Source: an uncultured delta proteobacterium (GTDB lineage Bacteria; Myxococcota_A; Polyangia; Fen-1088). Taken from it: a stretch of 64,000 nt of DNA. The DNA is taken from contig CAWCMR010000005.1 of NCBI GenBank assembly GCA_963796685.1, positions 64,001-128,000 on the forward strand, in the 5' to 3' direction. Below the pieces are notes generated by a model. That model saw only the letters and a list, made by a program, of their open reading frames with translations. It did not search any database and was not told the origin of the DNA. Below, one piece after another: positions 1 to 10,406 of the stretch (the first letter of the stretch is position 1; each line of letters starts with the position of its first letter). Both the position numbers and the translations under genes were made by a program.

Positions 1-1
1 C

Positions 2-208
2 GGCCCGGCCGATTTCGCCAAGTTCGCCATCACCTTCGTCGCCAGCACCTCGAGCCCGACCGTCGACGCGACCGACTGGAAGACGACCGCCGCCTTTCCG
101 GTCGCGCTCGGCTACAGCTACACCGCCGACCCGCCTGATTGTTTGAAGGCGGGATTGCCGAGTGTGGCGGGGGCGGGCAAGGGGCTGGCCACGCTGAAGT
201 GCAACTGA
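2..208 (+). CDS. 3' end of a hypothetical protein (partial, runs off window start)
   Basis: Frame 2 is open from the window edge (GPADFAKFAITFVAS...TLKCN*) with GC3-rich codons; stop TGA at 206-208. Confidence 0.55.
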   Translation, partial: GPADFAKFAITFVASTSSPTVDATDWKTTAAFPVALGYSYTADPPDCLKAGLPSVAGAGKGLATLKCN

Positions 209-348
209 GGCGGAGCCAGCGGAACGCGCCCCGCGGTAGCCGCAGAAGACCGTGGCCTTGGCCGATTGCGATTGCCGTCGGCCACCCGTTGCTTCCCTCA
301 CCTCGCGTCGCGTGGGACCTCGCGCTGGCCATGTGCTAGGCCTTGAGC

Positions 349-534
349 ATGTCCGAGCACAAGGCAACTATCGTCTGGGATAGGTTGCGACCATGGCTTG
401 TTTGCCGGACACGCGACCACACCCTCGATTCTCGGTGGCGAAAGTGGGTTCGTCCAACAGCCGGGTCCATGTCGGTATCGAAGAGGAAGTGTATGCGCAT
501 CGTCGATCCGGATGAAGATGGAGGGTCGGGATGA
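349..534 (+). pseudogene. Degraded OsmC/Ohr-family peroxiredoxin remnant
   Basis: MSEHKATIVWDR...RDHT...VDPDE resembles the OsmC-family N-terminus; the catalytic Cys region is missing. Confidence 0.45.
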
Positions 535-2186
535 CGAGCGAGCTCGTCGGGAGGGTGGCCTTGTTCGTCGTCGTCCTGAGCAGCCCCGGCCTGTCCCGCG
601 CAGCCCATGCGGACACGCCAACCGCCAACCCTAACGCGGGCGCGGCCCGCACGGATGGGGCCAGCGACGCAACCGCTCCGCCCGAAACCGGGGCGCCGCG
701 TGCCGAAGAGCAACCGGCGAGCATTCGTATCACGGGCACCTCGATTCTGCCGGAGAGCGTCGCCCTGGCTGCCGTTGGCGCTCCGCCCAAACCCGGCGAA
801 GACGTTCGCGTCTGGGGGTACGATGCGGCCCAGCGTATCGCGCGCGCCTATCGGGTGCGTGGTTACCTGTACGCCCGAGCGTGGTTCAGCGACAGCAAGC
901 AACCCGGCGTCCTGTGGTTCGACGTCGACGAGGGCCGCATGCGCGTGTCGTTCGTCGGGATGGGCAGTATAAGCGCCACATTGTTCCGCCTGCGCCTGAA
1001 TCTGCCCGGCGGGGTCTTCCAGAAAGACAAAGTCGAGAATTCCCTCGCCGAGCAGCGGAAGGCGTTCAATCTGGCCAACGTCTACTACCGGGTCCACGAG
1101 ATCGAAAGCTCCGAAGTGACCGTGTTCGGCGAGGTCGTGGCGGCGCGTACGTTGGAGATCCATGTGGTACACGGTGAATCCTTCGGGTGGGCTCTCGATA
1201 TTTCGGTCAGCGCCGCCTGGGGCGTGGTGCCCAGCTTGAAATACAGCGCGTCCGATCTTCTTTGGCACGACGACCGATTGCGGCTCGATTGGGACATGGC
1301 ATTTCCTTACCGTCGCTACGTGTTCGACGCCGCGCCGCGAGTGACCTGGGTGCACGGTGGGCTCGATGCCTCCTACCGGCTGCCTCACTTCTTCAAGGTG
1401 CGCTCGGTCGACTTCCTCGGCTTCGCCCCACGCCTCGACTCGGCGATCTATTTTTCGCAATACGCCCGTTCCGATTTGCGGCTATCCAGCTTCTATCTCC
1501 TTCGCGATGCCACCTTGGCAAACCTGGTGTCGTCGTGGCGCGAGGTCGAGGTCTCGCTGGGCGTGGGCGCCGATTTCGCCCGCGTGTTCTTCTTGCGTAC
1601 CGCCGCCACCCAACCCGATGAGCTGCCGGTTACACCCCCCGCTGACGTCTACTCCGTGCGCAGCCTGATGCGTGCGTCCGCCAAGTGGACCTCGGCGCTG
1701 CCCTGGTTTCGACGCGATCGGCGCACCTTCACCAATCTGCTGGTCGACGTGGCTCTGCCCGCAGAAGTGCGCGCCAACCTTTGGGGGCAGTACCTGACCG
1801 TCCGGGGACGCCACCGCCTGTTCCTGCGTGGGCGCGCCATCGCCTTGGCGGGGAACGTGCCCTTCTGGGACGACGTCGAGCTCGCGGGCACTTACCAGCG
1901 GGTCTTCTTCAATGATCTCTACTGGGCCCACGACGCGGCCCAGGTCGAGGTCGCCTATCACATCCAGCTGTGGCGCGACTGGTTCGAGGTGGGCGTCTTC
2001 CACGATTTGTCCGTGTTCGAAGATCGCATCTCTTCGCCGCCCAGGCTGCGGGCGATGGACGCGTTCGGCCCCAGCGTGCACTTCCTCATCCTCGATCAAT
2101 ACGCGCTCAGCATCCACCAGGGCATCGGCTTCGCACCCGGGAAGCTCAGCCAAACCCTCTCGTTCAGTATGGAGAGTGTCTTCTAG
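531..2186 (+). CDS. Omp85/BamA-TamA-like outer-membrane beta-barrel protein
   Basis: Signal peptide, POTRA-like segment (AYRVRGY...FDVDEG), amphipathic beta strands and terminal Phe (SFSMESVF). Confidence 0.6.
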   Translation: MTSELVGRVALFVVVLSSPGLSRAAHADTPTANPNAGAARTDGASDATAPPETGAPRAEEQPASIRITGTSILPESVALAAVGAPPKPGEDVRVWGYDAAQRIARAYRVRGYLYARAWFSDSKQPGVLWFDVDEGRMRVSFVGMGSISATLFRLRLNLPGGVFQKDKVENSLAEQRKAFNLANVYYRVHEIESSEVTVFGEVVAARTLEIHVVHGESFGWALDISVSAAWGVVPSLKYSASDLLWHDDRLRLDWDMAFPYRRYVFDAAPRVTWVHGGLDASYRLPHFFKVRSVDFLGFAPRLDSAIYFSQYARSDLRLSSFYLLRDATLANLVSSWREVEVSLGVGADFARVFFLRTAATQPDELPVTPPADVYSVRSLMRASAKWTSALPWFRRDRRTFTNLLVDVALPAEVRANLWGQYLTVRGRHRLFLRGRAIALAGNVPFWDDVELAGTYQRVFFNDLYWAHDAAQVEVAYHIQLWRDWFEVGVFHDLSVFEDRISSPPRLRAMDAFGPSVHFLILDQYALSIHQGIGFAPGKLSQTLSFSMESVF

Positions 2187-2299
2187 ATAACCGATCGTGA
2201 TATGGAAATCGCGGTTTCTGTCCGTAATCGATTTGGGCCGTCACGCCTTCGTAGCGTTCACGGAACGCATGTCCATCGGATGAAACATGCGCACCGACG

Positions 2300-2776
2300 T
2301 TAACCGCTCTTTTGCCCCGACCTTCCGCCGCTTGGGTGTGAAAGTAGTCTCTTTCTCGTTTTGGCTGCCCGGTGCGCAGCGGACGAAGGAGAATTCGCGC
2401 CTCCCTCGCGTCGGCGTCTGTCAGCCGCCTGTCTGGCTTGTTTTGAAAGTGCAGTGAAGGAAGCCGCATCGCGCGGCTCCTTCCGGCGAGCTTGCAGGCT
2501 TGACCACGCCCTCTTCGGATCGGGTCGCTTGCCCGCCTCCGAGCGGGCCTGCGATGCCTTCTTCTTGCTCCCTTTCGCTCGGGGTCTAGTCATGATCCCG
2601 GCACGCCGTGCCTGGGACAGGCCAATGGCGATAGCCTGCTTTGTGTTCTTGGCCCCGTGCTTTCCCTTTCGGATATGGCGTATCTCCTCGCGTACGAACT
2701 CACCCGCCGCAGTGGACGGTGCTTTCCCTTGGGCCGTGTCACGTTTCGCTTTCTTGATTACGCTTGCATTCGGCAT
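2300..2776 (-). CDS. DUF6496-like basic putative DNA-binding protein
   Basis: STAAGEFVREEIRHIRKGKHGAKNTKQAIAIGLSQARRAG motif; start trimmed to ATG 2776. Confidence 0.75.
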   Translation of the reverse strand: MPNASVIKKAKRDTAQGKAPSTAAGEFVREEIRHIRKGKHGAKNTKQAIAIGLSQARRAGIMTRPRAKGSKKKASQARSEAGKRPDPKRAWSSLQARRKEPRDAASFTALSKQARQAADRRRREGGANSPSSAAHRAAKTRKRLLSHPSGGRSGQKSG

Positions 2777-2828
2777 TGATTGCGTTCCTTTCAAATATTC
2801 GTGGCACTGCGCAGCCGCTTTCGCCTGC

Positions 2829-2844
2829 TGCAAAGCTGAGACCA
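2829..2844 (-). promoter_or_regulatory. sigma54 -24/-12 promoter for the DUF6496 gene
   Basis: Minus strand TGGTCTCAGCTTTGCA (GG-N10-GC), 53 bp upstream of ATG. Confidence 0.6.
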
Positions 2845-2891
2845 AGATCCAGCTCACCCCGGCCTTCACGGATGCAGCCCAGAGGCAGGCC

Positions 2892-2907
2892 TGGCACGGT
2901 ATTCGCT
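2892..2907 (+). promoter_or_regulatory. sigma54 -24/-12 promoter for the yihY-like operon
   Basis: TGGCACGGTATTCGCT (GG-N10-GC). Confidence 0.65.
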
Positions 2908-2955
2908 ACCTTTGGGTAGCGTCCCAAGCCTCGTGGCAGGAGAAACCGAATCTGA

Positions 2956-3957
2956 ATGCGAAGAACGCAAGACTGGTGGCGCTTCATGAAGCGCCTCTAT
3001 CAAGACTATGTCGATCACGGAGTGGCGGATAGCGCCTCAACTCTCAGCTACTACTTCGTCTTTTCGCTGTTTCCATTCCTCTTCTTTCTGACAACTCTCG
3101 CTGCCTACGTACCCCACGTACGAGAGTCCCTGAACCCGTTTCTGGCCAGAGCCCGCGTCATCCTGCCTCCTCAGGCAATGGCGATTATCGAGACGCACCT
3201 GCAAAATCTCGTCACTCGACCCCGTCCGCGACTACTCACGCTTGGGTTTCTCGTCGCAGTCTATTCTGCTTCGCGCGGCGTGGACGGTGTGCGCAAGGCA
3301 CTCAACCGCGCCTACGATGTGAAAGAGTCGCGGCCGCTTTGGAAGACCGAGTTGCTGGCCTTTGGTATGACTGTCGGGGGCGGCCTTCTCGTATTGGTCG
3401 GAATCAGCGTCCTGATTGCCGGCGGGGATGTCGGCCTCTGGTTGGCCCGCCACCTTCACATCGCCGACGCCTATGTGCTGGTGCTACGCTGGATTCGCTG
3501 GCCGCTGACCGCTCTCGTGATTACGTTGAGCGCCGCGCTCAGCTATTACGTCTTGCCTGACGTCGAGCAGGAATTCAAATTCATCACACCAGGCTCCGTG
3601 ATCGGGACGCTGGTCTGGTTCTTGGCAAGCTGGGGCTTCAGTGCCTACGTGACTCATTTTGGCAGCTACAATGTCACGTACGGCTCCATTGGTGGCGTGA
3701 TCGTGCTGATGACCTGGTTCTACATCACTGGCTTCATCCTTCTCATGGGCGGTGAAGTGAACGCGCTCCTCGAGGCATCGGTCTCGGGCGGCAAGCAGCG
3801 TGGCGCACGTGCACCCGACGAATCGCCGCCGCCGCCCGAAGAGCGTCCGAGTGCGATGCCCGTTGGCGCGTCCGATACGGCAAGCGCTGCCAGCCGCTCG
3901 CGTGGCGGCAATCGTCGAACGGAACGCCAAACGATGAAGAGAACGAATCACCGATGA
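2956..3957 (+). CDS. YihY/virulence factor BrkB family membrane protein
   Basis: LSYYFVFSLFPFL, ALNRAYDVKESRP and YNVTYGSIGGVIVLMTWFY motifs; multiple TM helices. Confidence 0.9.
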   Translation: MRRTQDWWRFMKRLYQDYVDHGVADSASTLSYYFVFSLFPFLFFLTTLAAYVPHVRESLNPFLARARVILPPQAMAIIETHLQNLVTRPRPRLLTLGFLVAVYSASRGVDGVRKALNRAYDVKESRPLWKTELLAFGMTVGGGLLVLVGISVLIAGGDVGLWLARHLHIADAYVLVLRWIRWPLTALVITLSAALSYYVLPDVEQEFKFITPGSVIGTLVWFLASWGFSAYVTHFGSYNVTYGSIGGVIVLMTWFYITGFILLMGGEVNALLEASVSGGKQRGARAPDESPPPPEERPSAMPVGASDTASAASRSRGGNRRTERQTMKRTNHR

Positions 3958-5124
3958 GTGCCCATCACGCACGTACCGGGCGGCCCCGCCGCGTCCTCAT
4001 CGCCGCCAGCGTCATCGTGGCCTTGGCAGTCGTTGTCCGCCTTGTCTTGGACCCGATTGCCGCGCACTACACGCGCAAGGCGCTCGCTGCATCGGACACC
4101 GTGAACGGCGCCTTCGAGAAGGTACACGTCAGCGCGTTCCCCCCGCGATACGCAATTTCGCGGCTCAAGATCATCGCAGCACGCGGTGGCAACTGGGACG
4201 AACCCCTGTTCTACGCTCCTCGAGCTATGGCGGTGGTGGATTGGAGGCGCCTTTTCCACGCCGAGTTGGCCTTCAGCGTGCGCCTGGACGAGCCCAAGGT
4301 CATCGTCGTTACAAAGGCGCCATCAGGTGCCAAGCCGGAGCGTCCTACAACACCGCCGCTGGAAGCTCCGCGCCTCTCTGCAAAAGCTGCTGCCAGCACG
4401 TGCAAAGAGGGTCGAGATCCGCCAGGGGGAGGTCCTCTTTCGCGACAGAGCCGCTCCACGTCATCCCGAGATTTGGGTTCATCACATCGAGCTCGTTCTC
4501 GAAAACTTGACGACTCGAAAGGAGCTGGCGCAGGGGCAACCCGCCACGCTCAGCGCCCGTGCGACCCTTGGCCACAGCGGTGCAGCTACCCTCTTCATCT
4601 CCGCCGACCTGTTTGCCATCAAGCCCGACTTTGCCGGGACTCTGACTCTGCGCGGTTGGAAGGTGGCAGAGCTCTTCGATCTCGTGGAGCCGGCGACGCA
4701 CTTGCAGACGTCGCAGGGTACCCTTAGCATCTTCGCCAAGTTCCGGGCCCACGGAGGCATCATCTCGGGCGGCATCAAACCGGTGCTCGAGAACATCGAG
4801 GTTCGACCAATCGAGAGTACCATGCTCAACGAGTTGAAAGCGTGGGTCGCGGACAAGGGTATCCAACTGTTCTCAGACCGCGTCCCCGGTCGCGATGCCG
4901 TCGCGACAGTTGTTCCTATCGAGGGGCACCTCGCGCAACCGGACCTCGAGCTGTTCCCCGCAATTCTGGGCGTTGTGCGCAACGCGTTCATCGAGGGCGT
5001 CTCTGCCGGCTTCGCGCATCTTCCGCCGCCTGCAGCACCCCGAAAACAGGGGTTGCTCACGCAAATCGAGCACTCCTTCGAGAAGGACAAGGGGCCGCCC
5101 AAGGCGCAACCACCGAAGAAATGA
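3954..5124 (+). pseudogene. DUF748 (AsmA-like) domain protein split by one frameshift near 4360
   Basis: N-terminal TM anchor in ORF 3954-4727 continues in ORF 4186-5124 (SGGIKPVL...VATVVPIEG...LGVVRNAFI); could be an assembly indel. Confidence 0.65.
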
Positions 5125-5130
5125 GCAGCC

Positions 5131-5562
5131 ATGAGACTGTTGACCCTGCGACGTTGGATTCTCGGAGTGACCGCAATGCCCATCCTTGCCTGCGCCCATG
5201 CCAAGAGGACCGACGCCACGACGCCGGCCGCGAACGAGCCGACAACCGAGCACGCTGCCGCCAAAGCAGCACCCCATTCTGACGGAGCCGAGGCGGTGTC
5301 GGCGGATGGTCATCGCAGCACGACGCCGATCGCCGCGCGCCCCGAAGGTCTGCTCAAGAAGGGTGCCGAGCAGAAGATTCGCGACAAGTTGTCCGAGGAC
5401 GGATTGCTCGAGGATGGAAAGACCTCTACCGAAACGGCACTGCGCCGATTCCAGGGCTCGCATGACCTACCCACGACCGGCATCCCCGATCACGAGACGA
5501 TAAAGAAGCTGGGGCTCGCTCCCGACGATGTCTTTCGCAAAGCGCCCACTCCGTCAAGGTAG
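5131..5562 (+). CDS. Peptidoglycan-binding domain lipoprotein
   Basis: Lipobox ILAC; C-terminal TETALRRFQGSHDLPTTGIPDHETIKKLG (PG_binding_1-like). Confidence 0.8.
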   Translation: MRLLTLRRWILGVTAMPILACAHAKRTDATTPAANEPTTEHAAAKAAPHSDGAEAVSADGHRSTTPIAARPEGLLKKGAEQKIRDKLSEDGLLEDGKTSTETALRRFQGSHDLPTTGIPDHETIKKLGLAPDDVFRKAPTPSR

Positions 5563-5646
5563 AGACTGCCGCCCTGTCTGTCGACGAGCTTGCACGCCCG
5601 CCAACCGCCTTCCTCGTGGTCACGGTCGGCTCTTCTCCGGACGTGT

Positions 5647-5955
5647 TTAGGTTCGATTATAAAGCCGTCGCAACTCGGCCTTCGCGCGCTCGAGCACCTG
5701 ACGTTGGGTTCTTGGCAGTTTTGGACCCGCGCGATTGATGTAGAAGACGAGCATTGACATCGCGGATCGGAAAGGTTCCGCCTTCCGCCGTCGACTCAGG
5801 TCAGCGGAACGCTTCAGCGACTGGGCCACCAATCGAGCGCTGCGCTGGCGGAATACGCCAGGCTCGAGATCGAGGGCATCGCTGCTGCGGGTAACGCGGG
5901 CAGACCACTTGCGCGTGACTCCTGGTCGACTAGAACGCTGTGTTGCCTGGGCCAT
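5647..5955 (-). CDS. DUF3175 domain protein
   Basis: KWSARVTRSSDALDLEPGVF...SAMSMLVFYINRAG motif; start trimmed to ATG 5955. Confidence 0.8.
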   Translation of the reverse strand: MAQATQRSSRPGVTRKWSARVTRSSDALDLEPGVFRQRSARLVAQSLKRSADLSRRRKAEPFRSAMSMLVFYINRAGPKLPRTQRQVLERAKAELRRLYNRT

Positions 5956-5995
5956 GCGAAGTCCTTGCCCGTTCCTCTTCTTCGGCGATGGACCA

Positions 5996-6580
5996 TCACA
6001 CGTGCAAGAGCTTGAACCCGATGTCGGTTCCCATTCCCATTGCATAGCCGAGTTGGATGTTGAGACAAGCGAGCGGCTCGAGGAAACGCGCAATGCGCAG
6101 GAGCCCCGCGTCCACCACGTCGAATCCAATCGAGCGACCAAGATCGATGACGATAGCCTTTGCCTTGGCATCGTCACCGGCGACGAAGGTGGTCAGTCGC
6201 TGCTCACCCAGATGGCCTTTGTCCATATGCTGAGCAAAGACAGCATTGAAAGCCTTTACGACTCGCGCCTTGGGTACCTTGTTTTGCAGTTCTTCTGCAC
6301 CGCTTGTATCGAAACCCACCGCCCAGCTCTTGTCCGGTGCGAGAGCATTGGTCACGTCGATAACGATCTTCCCATCCAGAGCTGTGCCCGTTTCTCTTAC
6401 TACGGAATCAAGGGAAGTGAACGGCACCGCGACCACGACGATACTGGCCCACTCGGCAATCTCCCGCACGGTCTTTCCATCATGGCCCGCCGTTCTCACT
6501 TCGTTTCCAGTCCTCTTGAAACCGCGCTCCAGCGCGCTTCCGACTTTGCCTCTACCGACAATTCCGAGCTGCTGTGTCAT
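5996..6580 (-). CDS. NADPH-dependent F420 reductase-family oxidoreductase
   Basis: GIVGRGKVG Rossmann motif, IDVTNAL, SGAEELQ, VVKAFN; RBS GGAGG. Confidence 0.88.
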   Translation of the reverse strand: MTQQLGIVGRGKVGSALERGFKRTGNEVRTAGHDGKTVREIAEWASIVVVAVPFTSLDSVVRETGTALDGKIVIDVTNALAPDKSWAVGFDTSGAEELQNKVPKARVVKAFNAVFAQHMDKGHLGEQRLTTFVAGDDAKAKAIVIDLGRSIGFDVVDAGLLRIARFLEPLACLNIQLGYAMGMGTDIGFKLLHV

Positions 6581-6633
6581 CTCGTCCTCCTATCTTGGGC
6601 ATGTTGGGTATATGGGAATCCGAGTCCGATCCC

Positions 6634-6649
6634 AGCAAGGCACATACCA
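6634..6649 (-). promoter_or_regulatory. sigma54 -24/-12 promoter for the F420-reductase-like gene
   Basis: Minus strand TGGTATGTGCCTTGCT. Confidence 0.62.
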
Positions 6650-6779
6650 GACACAGCAGTTAGCTAAGCTACTGCATGGATTCTCAGAATCGGTGTCCCA
6701 TTGGTCACTTCACGGCCACGTCGGTTACGAACGCGTGACGACCCGACAGCTCGTCGCAGCGGCCACGCCAACGGTCCGT

Positions 6780-6795
6780 CGGCTCGTGTTTTGCA
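6780..6795 (+). promoter_or_regulatory. sigma54 -24/-12 promoter for the ASRT operon
   Basis: CGGCTCGTGTTTTGCA. Confidence 0.55.
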
Positions 6796-6807
6796 GTGAG
6801 CTCGAGC

Positions 6808-7179
6808 ATGCTTACGATTGGCAAGAAGGTCTGGGCGATTGCAGAAGGGTACATTCCCTCTGAAGGGAACGGACCTAGTCCCGAGATGCTAAGCCACGAA
6901 ACCGCCTGCTTGCTCAATGTTGCGGACCTGGACGCCCATGTCCGCATCACGCTTTACTTCTCTGACCACGAGCCGGTGGGTCCGTACCTCGTGACGCTTC
7001 CCGCACGACGCACCTTACATCTGCGCTTCAACGATCTGCACGAGCCGGCGCCCGTGCCTCGGGGCACTGACTACGCAAGTGTGATCGAATCCGATGTACC
7101 CATTGTCGTCCAACATACTCGGCTCGATACACGGCAGGCCGAGGCCGCTCTGCTGTCAACCGTCGCGTACTTCCAATGA
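6808..7179 (+). CDS. Sensory rhodopsin transducer (ASRT) family protein
   Basis: IGKKVWAIAEGYIP...SHETACLLN...SDVPIVVQHTRLDTRQAE signature. Confidence 0.88.
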   Translation: MLTIGKKVWAIAEGYIPSEGNGPSPEMLSHETACLLNVADLDAHVRITLYFSDHEPVGPYLVTLPARRTLHLRFNDLHEPAPVPRGTDYASVIESDVPIVVQHTRLDTRQAEAALLSTVAYFQ

Positions 7180-7216
7180 GCGTCGCCAGGAAAACAACCA
7201 TGACGGAGCCCGGATC

Positions 7217-10200
7217 GTGAGAGCCCCATTGGATCTCGCCCGTCTACGCACCCGAGCAGAGCCTGGGCGTTTGAAGCGTTTGCACACCGACGACGCACGG
7301 TCGGCCATCGGTCGGGAAGCGGTGCGCGCGCTCTCGTCCGATCTGGTGCGCGTCATCGAGGGCGAGGTTCGTTTCGACGAAGGCAGCCGCGCCTTGTACG
7401 CCACCGATGGCTCCAACTATCGTCAAGCGCCGATTGGCGTGGTCATTCCGCGACACGCGCAAGACGTGGAGAACACGGTGCGCTTGGCGCGCAAGTACAA
7501 CGCGCCTTTGCTTTCGCGCGGAGGCGGCACCAGCCTGGCAGGACAGTGCTGCAATGTCGCGGTGGTGATGGATTTCTCGAAGTACATGCACCACGTACTC
7601 GAGATCGATTCTGGACAGAAGCTGGCCAGGGTCGAGCCGGGGTGTGTGCTCGATCGCTTGCGCGAGGCGGCTACCCGCGAGGCGGATCTGACCGTCGGCC
7701 CGGATCCTGCAACGCACAGTCGCTGTACTCTGGGCGGCATGTTGGGGAACAACTCGTGCGGCAGCCACTCTTTGCTTAGCAAGAAGCACGGACTCGGGCT
7801 GCGCACCAGTGACAACACGCAGTCGCTCGACGTGCTGCTATACGACGGCACCCGGCTCCACGTCGGTGCGACGCCACCCGACAAGCTGGAGATGTTCAGC
7901 CGACAGGGCGGGCGTGTGGGCGAAATCTACGACGGCCTACGCGGGCTGGTCGACCGTTACGGCCAGGTGATCCGCGAGCATTATCCCAAGCTCGGTCGGC
8001 GCGTGTCCGGCTACAACCTCGACGACCTTTTGCCCGAGAATGGCTTCCACGTCGCGCGCGCCCTCGTGGGTTCGGAGTCCACGCTGGTGACCATCTTGGA
8101 GGCCACGTTGCATCTGGTGCCCGCGCCGAAGCAGCGTACTGTCGTGATGCTCGGTTTTACCGACGTGGTCGAGGCGGCCCACTGTTCGGTCGAGGTGCTC
8201 GCCTTCGAGCCCATCGCCTGCGAAGCCATCGACGACCTGTTGTTCCGTGACGTGCGGAAGAAGGGCGACGAGAACGCGAGCCTGGCCATCTTGCCGCGCG
8301 GACCGGCGTTTCTGCTGGTTGAATTCGGCGGCGAATCCAAGGCCGAAACCGACGGGCAAGCCGGGCGCATGATTGAGCACCTCGGCAAGCTCAAGAAACA
8401 CCGGCCGGTCGATCATAGGGCGTACGACGATCGCGAGCACGAAGACATGGTGTGGTCCGTGCGCGAGGGCGCGCTCGGCAGCACGGCCTGGGTGCCCGGC
8501 CTGCCCGACGCGTGGCCCGGCTGGGAAGATTCAGCGGTACCAGTCGAGAGGGTGGCCGACTATGTGCACGAGCTACGCGATCTCTTCCATACCTTCGGCT
8601 ACAACCCGGCGCTCTACGGTCACATGGGCCAGGGTTGCATTCACTGCCGCGTCGGCTTCGATTTGTACACGCAAGCCGGCATCGACCATTGGCGCGGGTT
8701 TCTCGATCAGGCGGTAGCGCTCGTCACCAAGTTTGGCGGCGTGGCTTCGGGCGAACACGGCGACGGTCAGGCTCGCGCGGAACTACTACCCAAGATCTAT
8801 GGGCCAGAGCTGATGCAGGCTTTTGCCGATTTCAAGCGCATCTGGGATCCCGACAACCGTATGAATCGCGGCAAAGTCATCGACCTGGACGGCGCCGCAT
8901 ATTTGGTCACCCAGAACCTGCGCGTAGGACCTGATTACAACCCACCCCAGCCGGCGACCCATTTCACCTACGTCGAGGATCATCACGACTTCGGCCGCGC
9001 CGTTCTTCGTTGTGTGGGCGTTGGTGCTTGCCGACGCGAGGGAGGGGGAACCATGTGCCCCTCGTACATGGTGACCCGCGAAGAGCAGAGCTCGACCCGC
9101 GGCCGGGCGCGCATGCTGTTCGAGATGATGAATGGCGAGATCATCACCGACGGCTGGAAGAGCGAGGCCGTCAAAGACGCCCTGGATCTGTGCCTGTCGT
9201 GCAAGGGCTGCAAGGGGGAGTGCCCGGTCAACGTCGACATGGCGACCTACAAGGCGGAATTCCTGAGCCACTACTACCAAGGCCGCCTGCGGCCGCGCCA
9301 TGCCTACGCCTTTGGCCTGATCCATCACTGGGCGCGGCTGGCGTCGCACATGCCCGGATTGGCCAACCTCATGACCCAGACATCAGGATTGTCGGCAGTG
9401 GCCAAGTGGCTGGCCGGAGCCCATCCGGCGCGCGTGCTGCCGCCCTTCGCTGCGCGCTCGTTCCAGACCTGGTTCCGCACGCACGCGCGGCTCAACCAAG
9501 CGGCCCAGCAGGTCTTGCTGTTTCCCGACACGTTCAACAACTACTTTCACCCCGACGTCGCCATCGCCGCGACCCATGTGCTCGAACGGGCGGGCTTCGA
9601 CGTGCGGGTGCCCTCGCAAGATCTCTGCTGCGGCCGGCCCCTTTACGACTACGGCTTTCTCGACCGGGCCACACGTCAGTGGTGCGGGTTGCTCGACAAG
9701 CTGCGCCCGTACCTGCAGGCCAGTATTCCCATGGTGGTGCTCGAACCGAGTTGCTATTCGGCCTTCAAGGACGAGCTCTGCAACCTGATGCCGAACGATC
9801 AGGACGCGCGGCGCCTCAGCGAGCTGAGCATGACCCTGAGCGAGTTTCTGCGTCGTCACGCCCCCGGCTTCTCCCCTCCCAAAGTGGCCCGCAAGGCCTT
9901 GCTGCACGGCCACTGCCATCAGAAGGCCCTTGACACGCGCAACGACAAGGAGCTGGGCAAGCTGTTCGCCGAAAAGGCCGTGCTGGCCAAGCTGGGCATC
10001 GAGGTGAGGCAGCCTGAAGTCGGGTGTTGCGGAATGGCAGGCGCCTTCGGCTACGAGAAGAGCAACGACCACTACGAGGTCAGCATCGCCTGCGGCGAGC
10101 GGATGCTCTTGCCCGAGGTTCGTCAGACGCCGGCAGGGGAAATCATCATCGCCGACGGCTTCAGCTGCCAGGAGCAAATTTTGCAAAGCACGGACCGCCA

Positions 10201-10396
10201 CGCGCTACACGTCGCGCAAGTGCTGGACCTGGCTTCGGGCGGCGGCATCCCGCCGACGCTGCCCGAGCGTCCGATGGTCGAGCAGCGCAATCGCACGACG
10301 CGCGCATTGGCCGTGCGCACCGGACTGGTGCTGGGTGGCGCTGCGATCGCGTTGTTGCTGGGTTGGCGGTCGTGGAGAGGGACGCGCGGAAGGTAG
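7217..10396 (+). CDS. FAD-binding and (Fe-S)-binding oxidoreductase (GlcD/YdiJ-like)
   Basis: RGGGTSLAGQ, CTLGGMLGNN, SGEHGDG, CVGVGACR, CLSCKGCKGECP and CCG domains; GTG start with GGAG RBS inferred. Confidence 0.9.
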   Translation: MRAPLDLARLRTRAEPGRLKRLHTDDARSAIGREAVRALSSDLVRVIEGEVRFDEGSRALYATDGSNYRQAPIGVVIPRHAQDVENTVRLARKYNAPLLSRGGGTSLAGQCCNVAVVMDFSKYMHHVLEIDSGQKLARVEPGCVLDRLREAATREADLTVGPDPATHSRCTLGGMLGNNSCGSHSLLSKKHGLGLRTSDNTQSLDVLLYDGTRLHVGATPPDKLEMFSRQGGRVGEIYDGLRGLVDRYGQVIREHYPKLGRRVSGYNLDDLLPENGFHVARALVGSESTLVTILEATLHLVPAPKQRTVVMLGFTDVVEAAHCSVEVLAFEPIACEAIDDLLFRDVRKKGDENASLAILPRGPAFLLVEFGGESKAETDGQAGRMIEHLGKLKKHRPVDHRAYDDREHEDMVWSVREGALGSTAWVPGLPDAWPGWEDSAVPVERVADYVHELRDLFHTFGYNPALYGHMGQGCIHCRVGFDLYTQAGIDHWRGFLDQAVALVTKFGGVASGEHGDGQARAELLPKIYGPELMQAFADFKRIWDPDNRMNRGKVIDLDGAAYLVTQNLRVGPDYNPPQPATHFTYVEDHHDFGRAVLRCVGVGACRREGGGTMCPSYMVTREEQSSTRGRARMLFEMMNGEIITDGWKSEAVKDALDLCLSCKGCKGECPVNVDMATYKAEFLSHYYQGRLRPRHAYAFGLIHHWARLASHMPGLANLMTQTSGLSAVAKWLAGAHPARVLPPFAARSFQTWFRTHARLNQAAQQVLLFPDTFNNYFHPDVAIAATHVLERAGFDVRVPSQDLCCGRPLYDYGFLDRATRQWCGLLDKLRPYLQASIPMVVLEPSCYSAFKDELCNLMPNDQDARRLSELSMTLSEFLRRHAPGFSPPKVARKALLHGHCHQKALDTRNDKELGKLFAEKAVLAKLGIEVRQPEVGCCGMAGAFGYEKSNDHYEVSIACGERMLLPEVRQTPAGEIIIADGFSCQEQILQSTDRHALHVAQVLDLASGGGIPPTLPERPMVEQRNRTTRALAVRTGLVLGGAAIALLLGWRSWRGTRGR

Positions 10397-10406
10397 GGAG
10401 GAGCCA

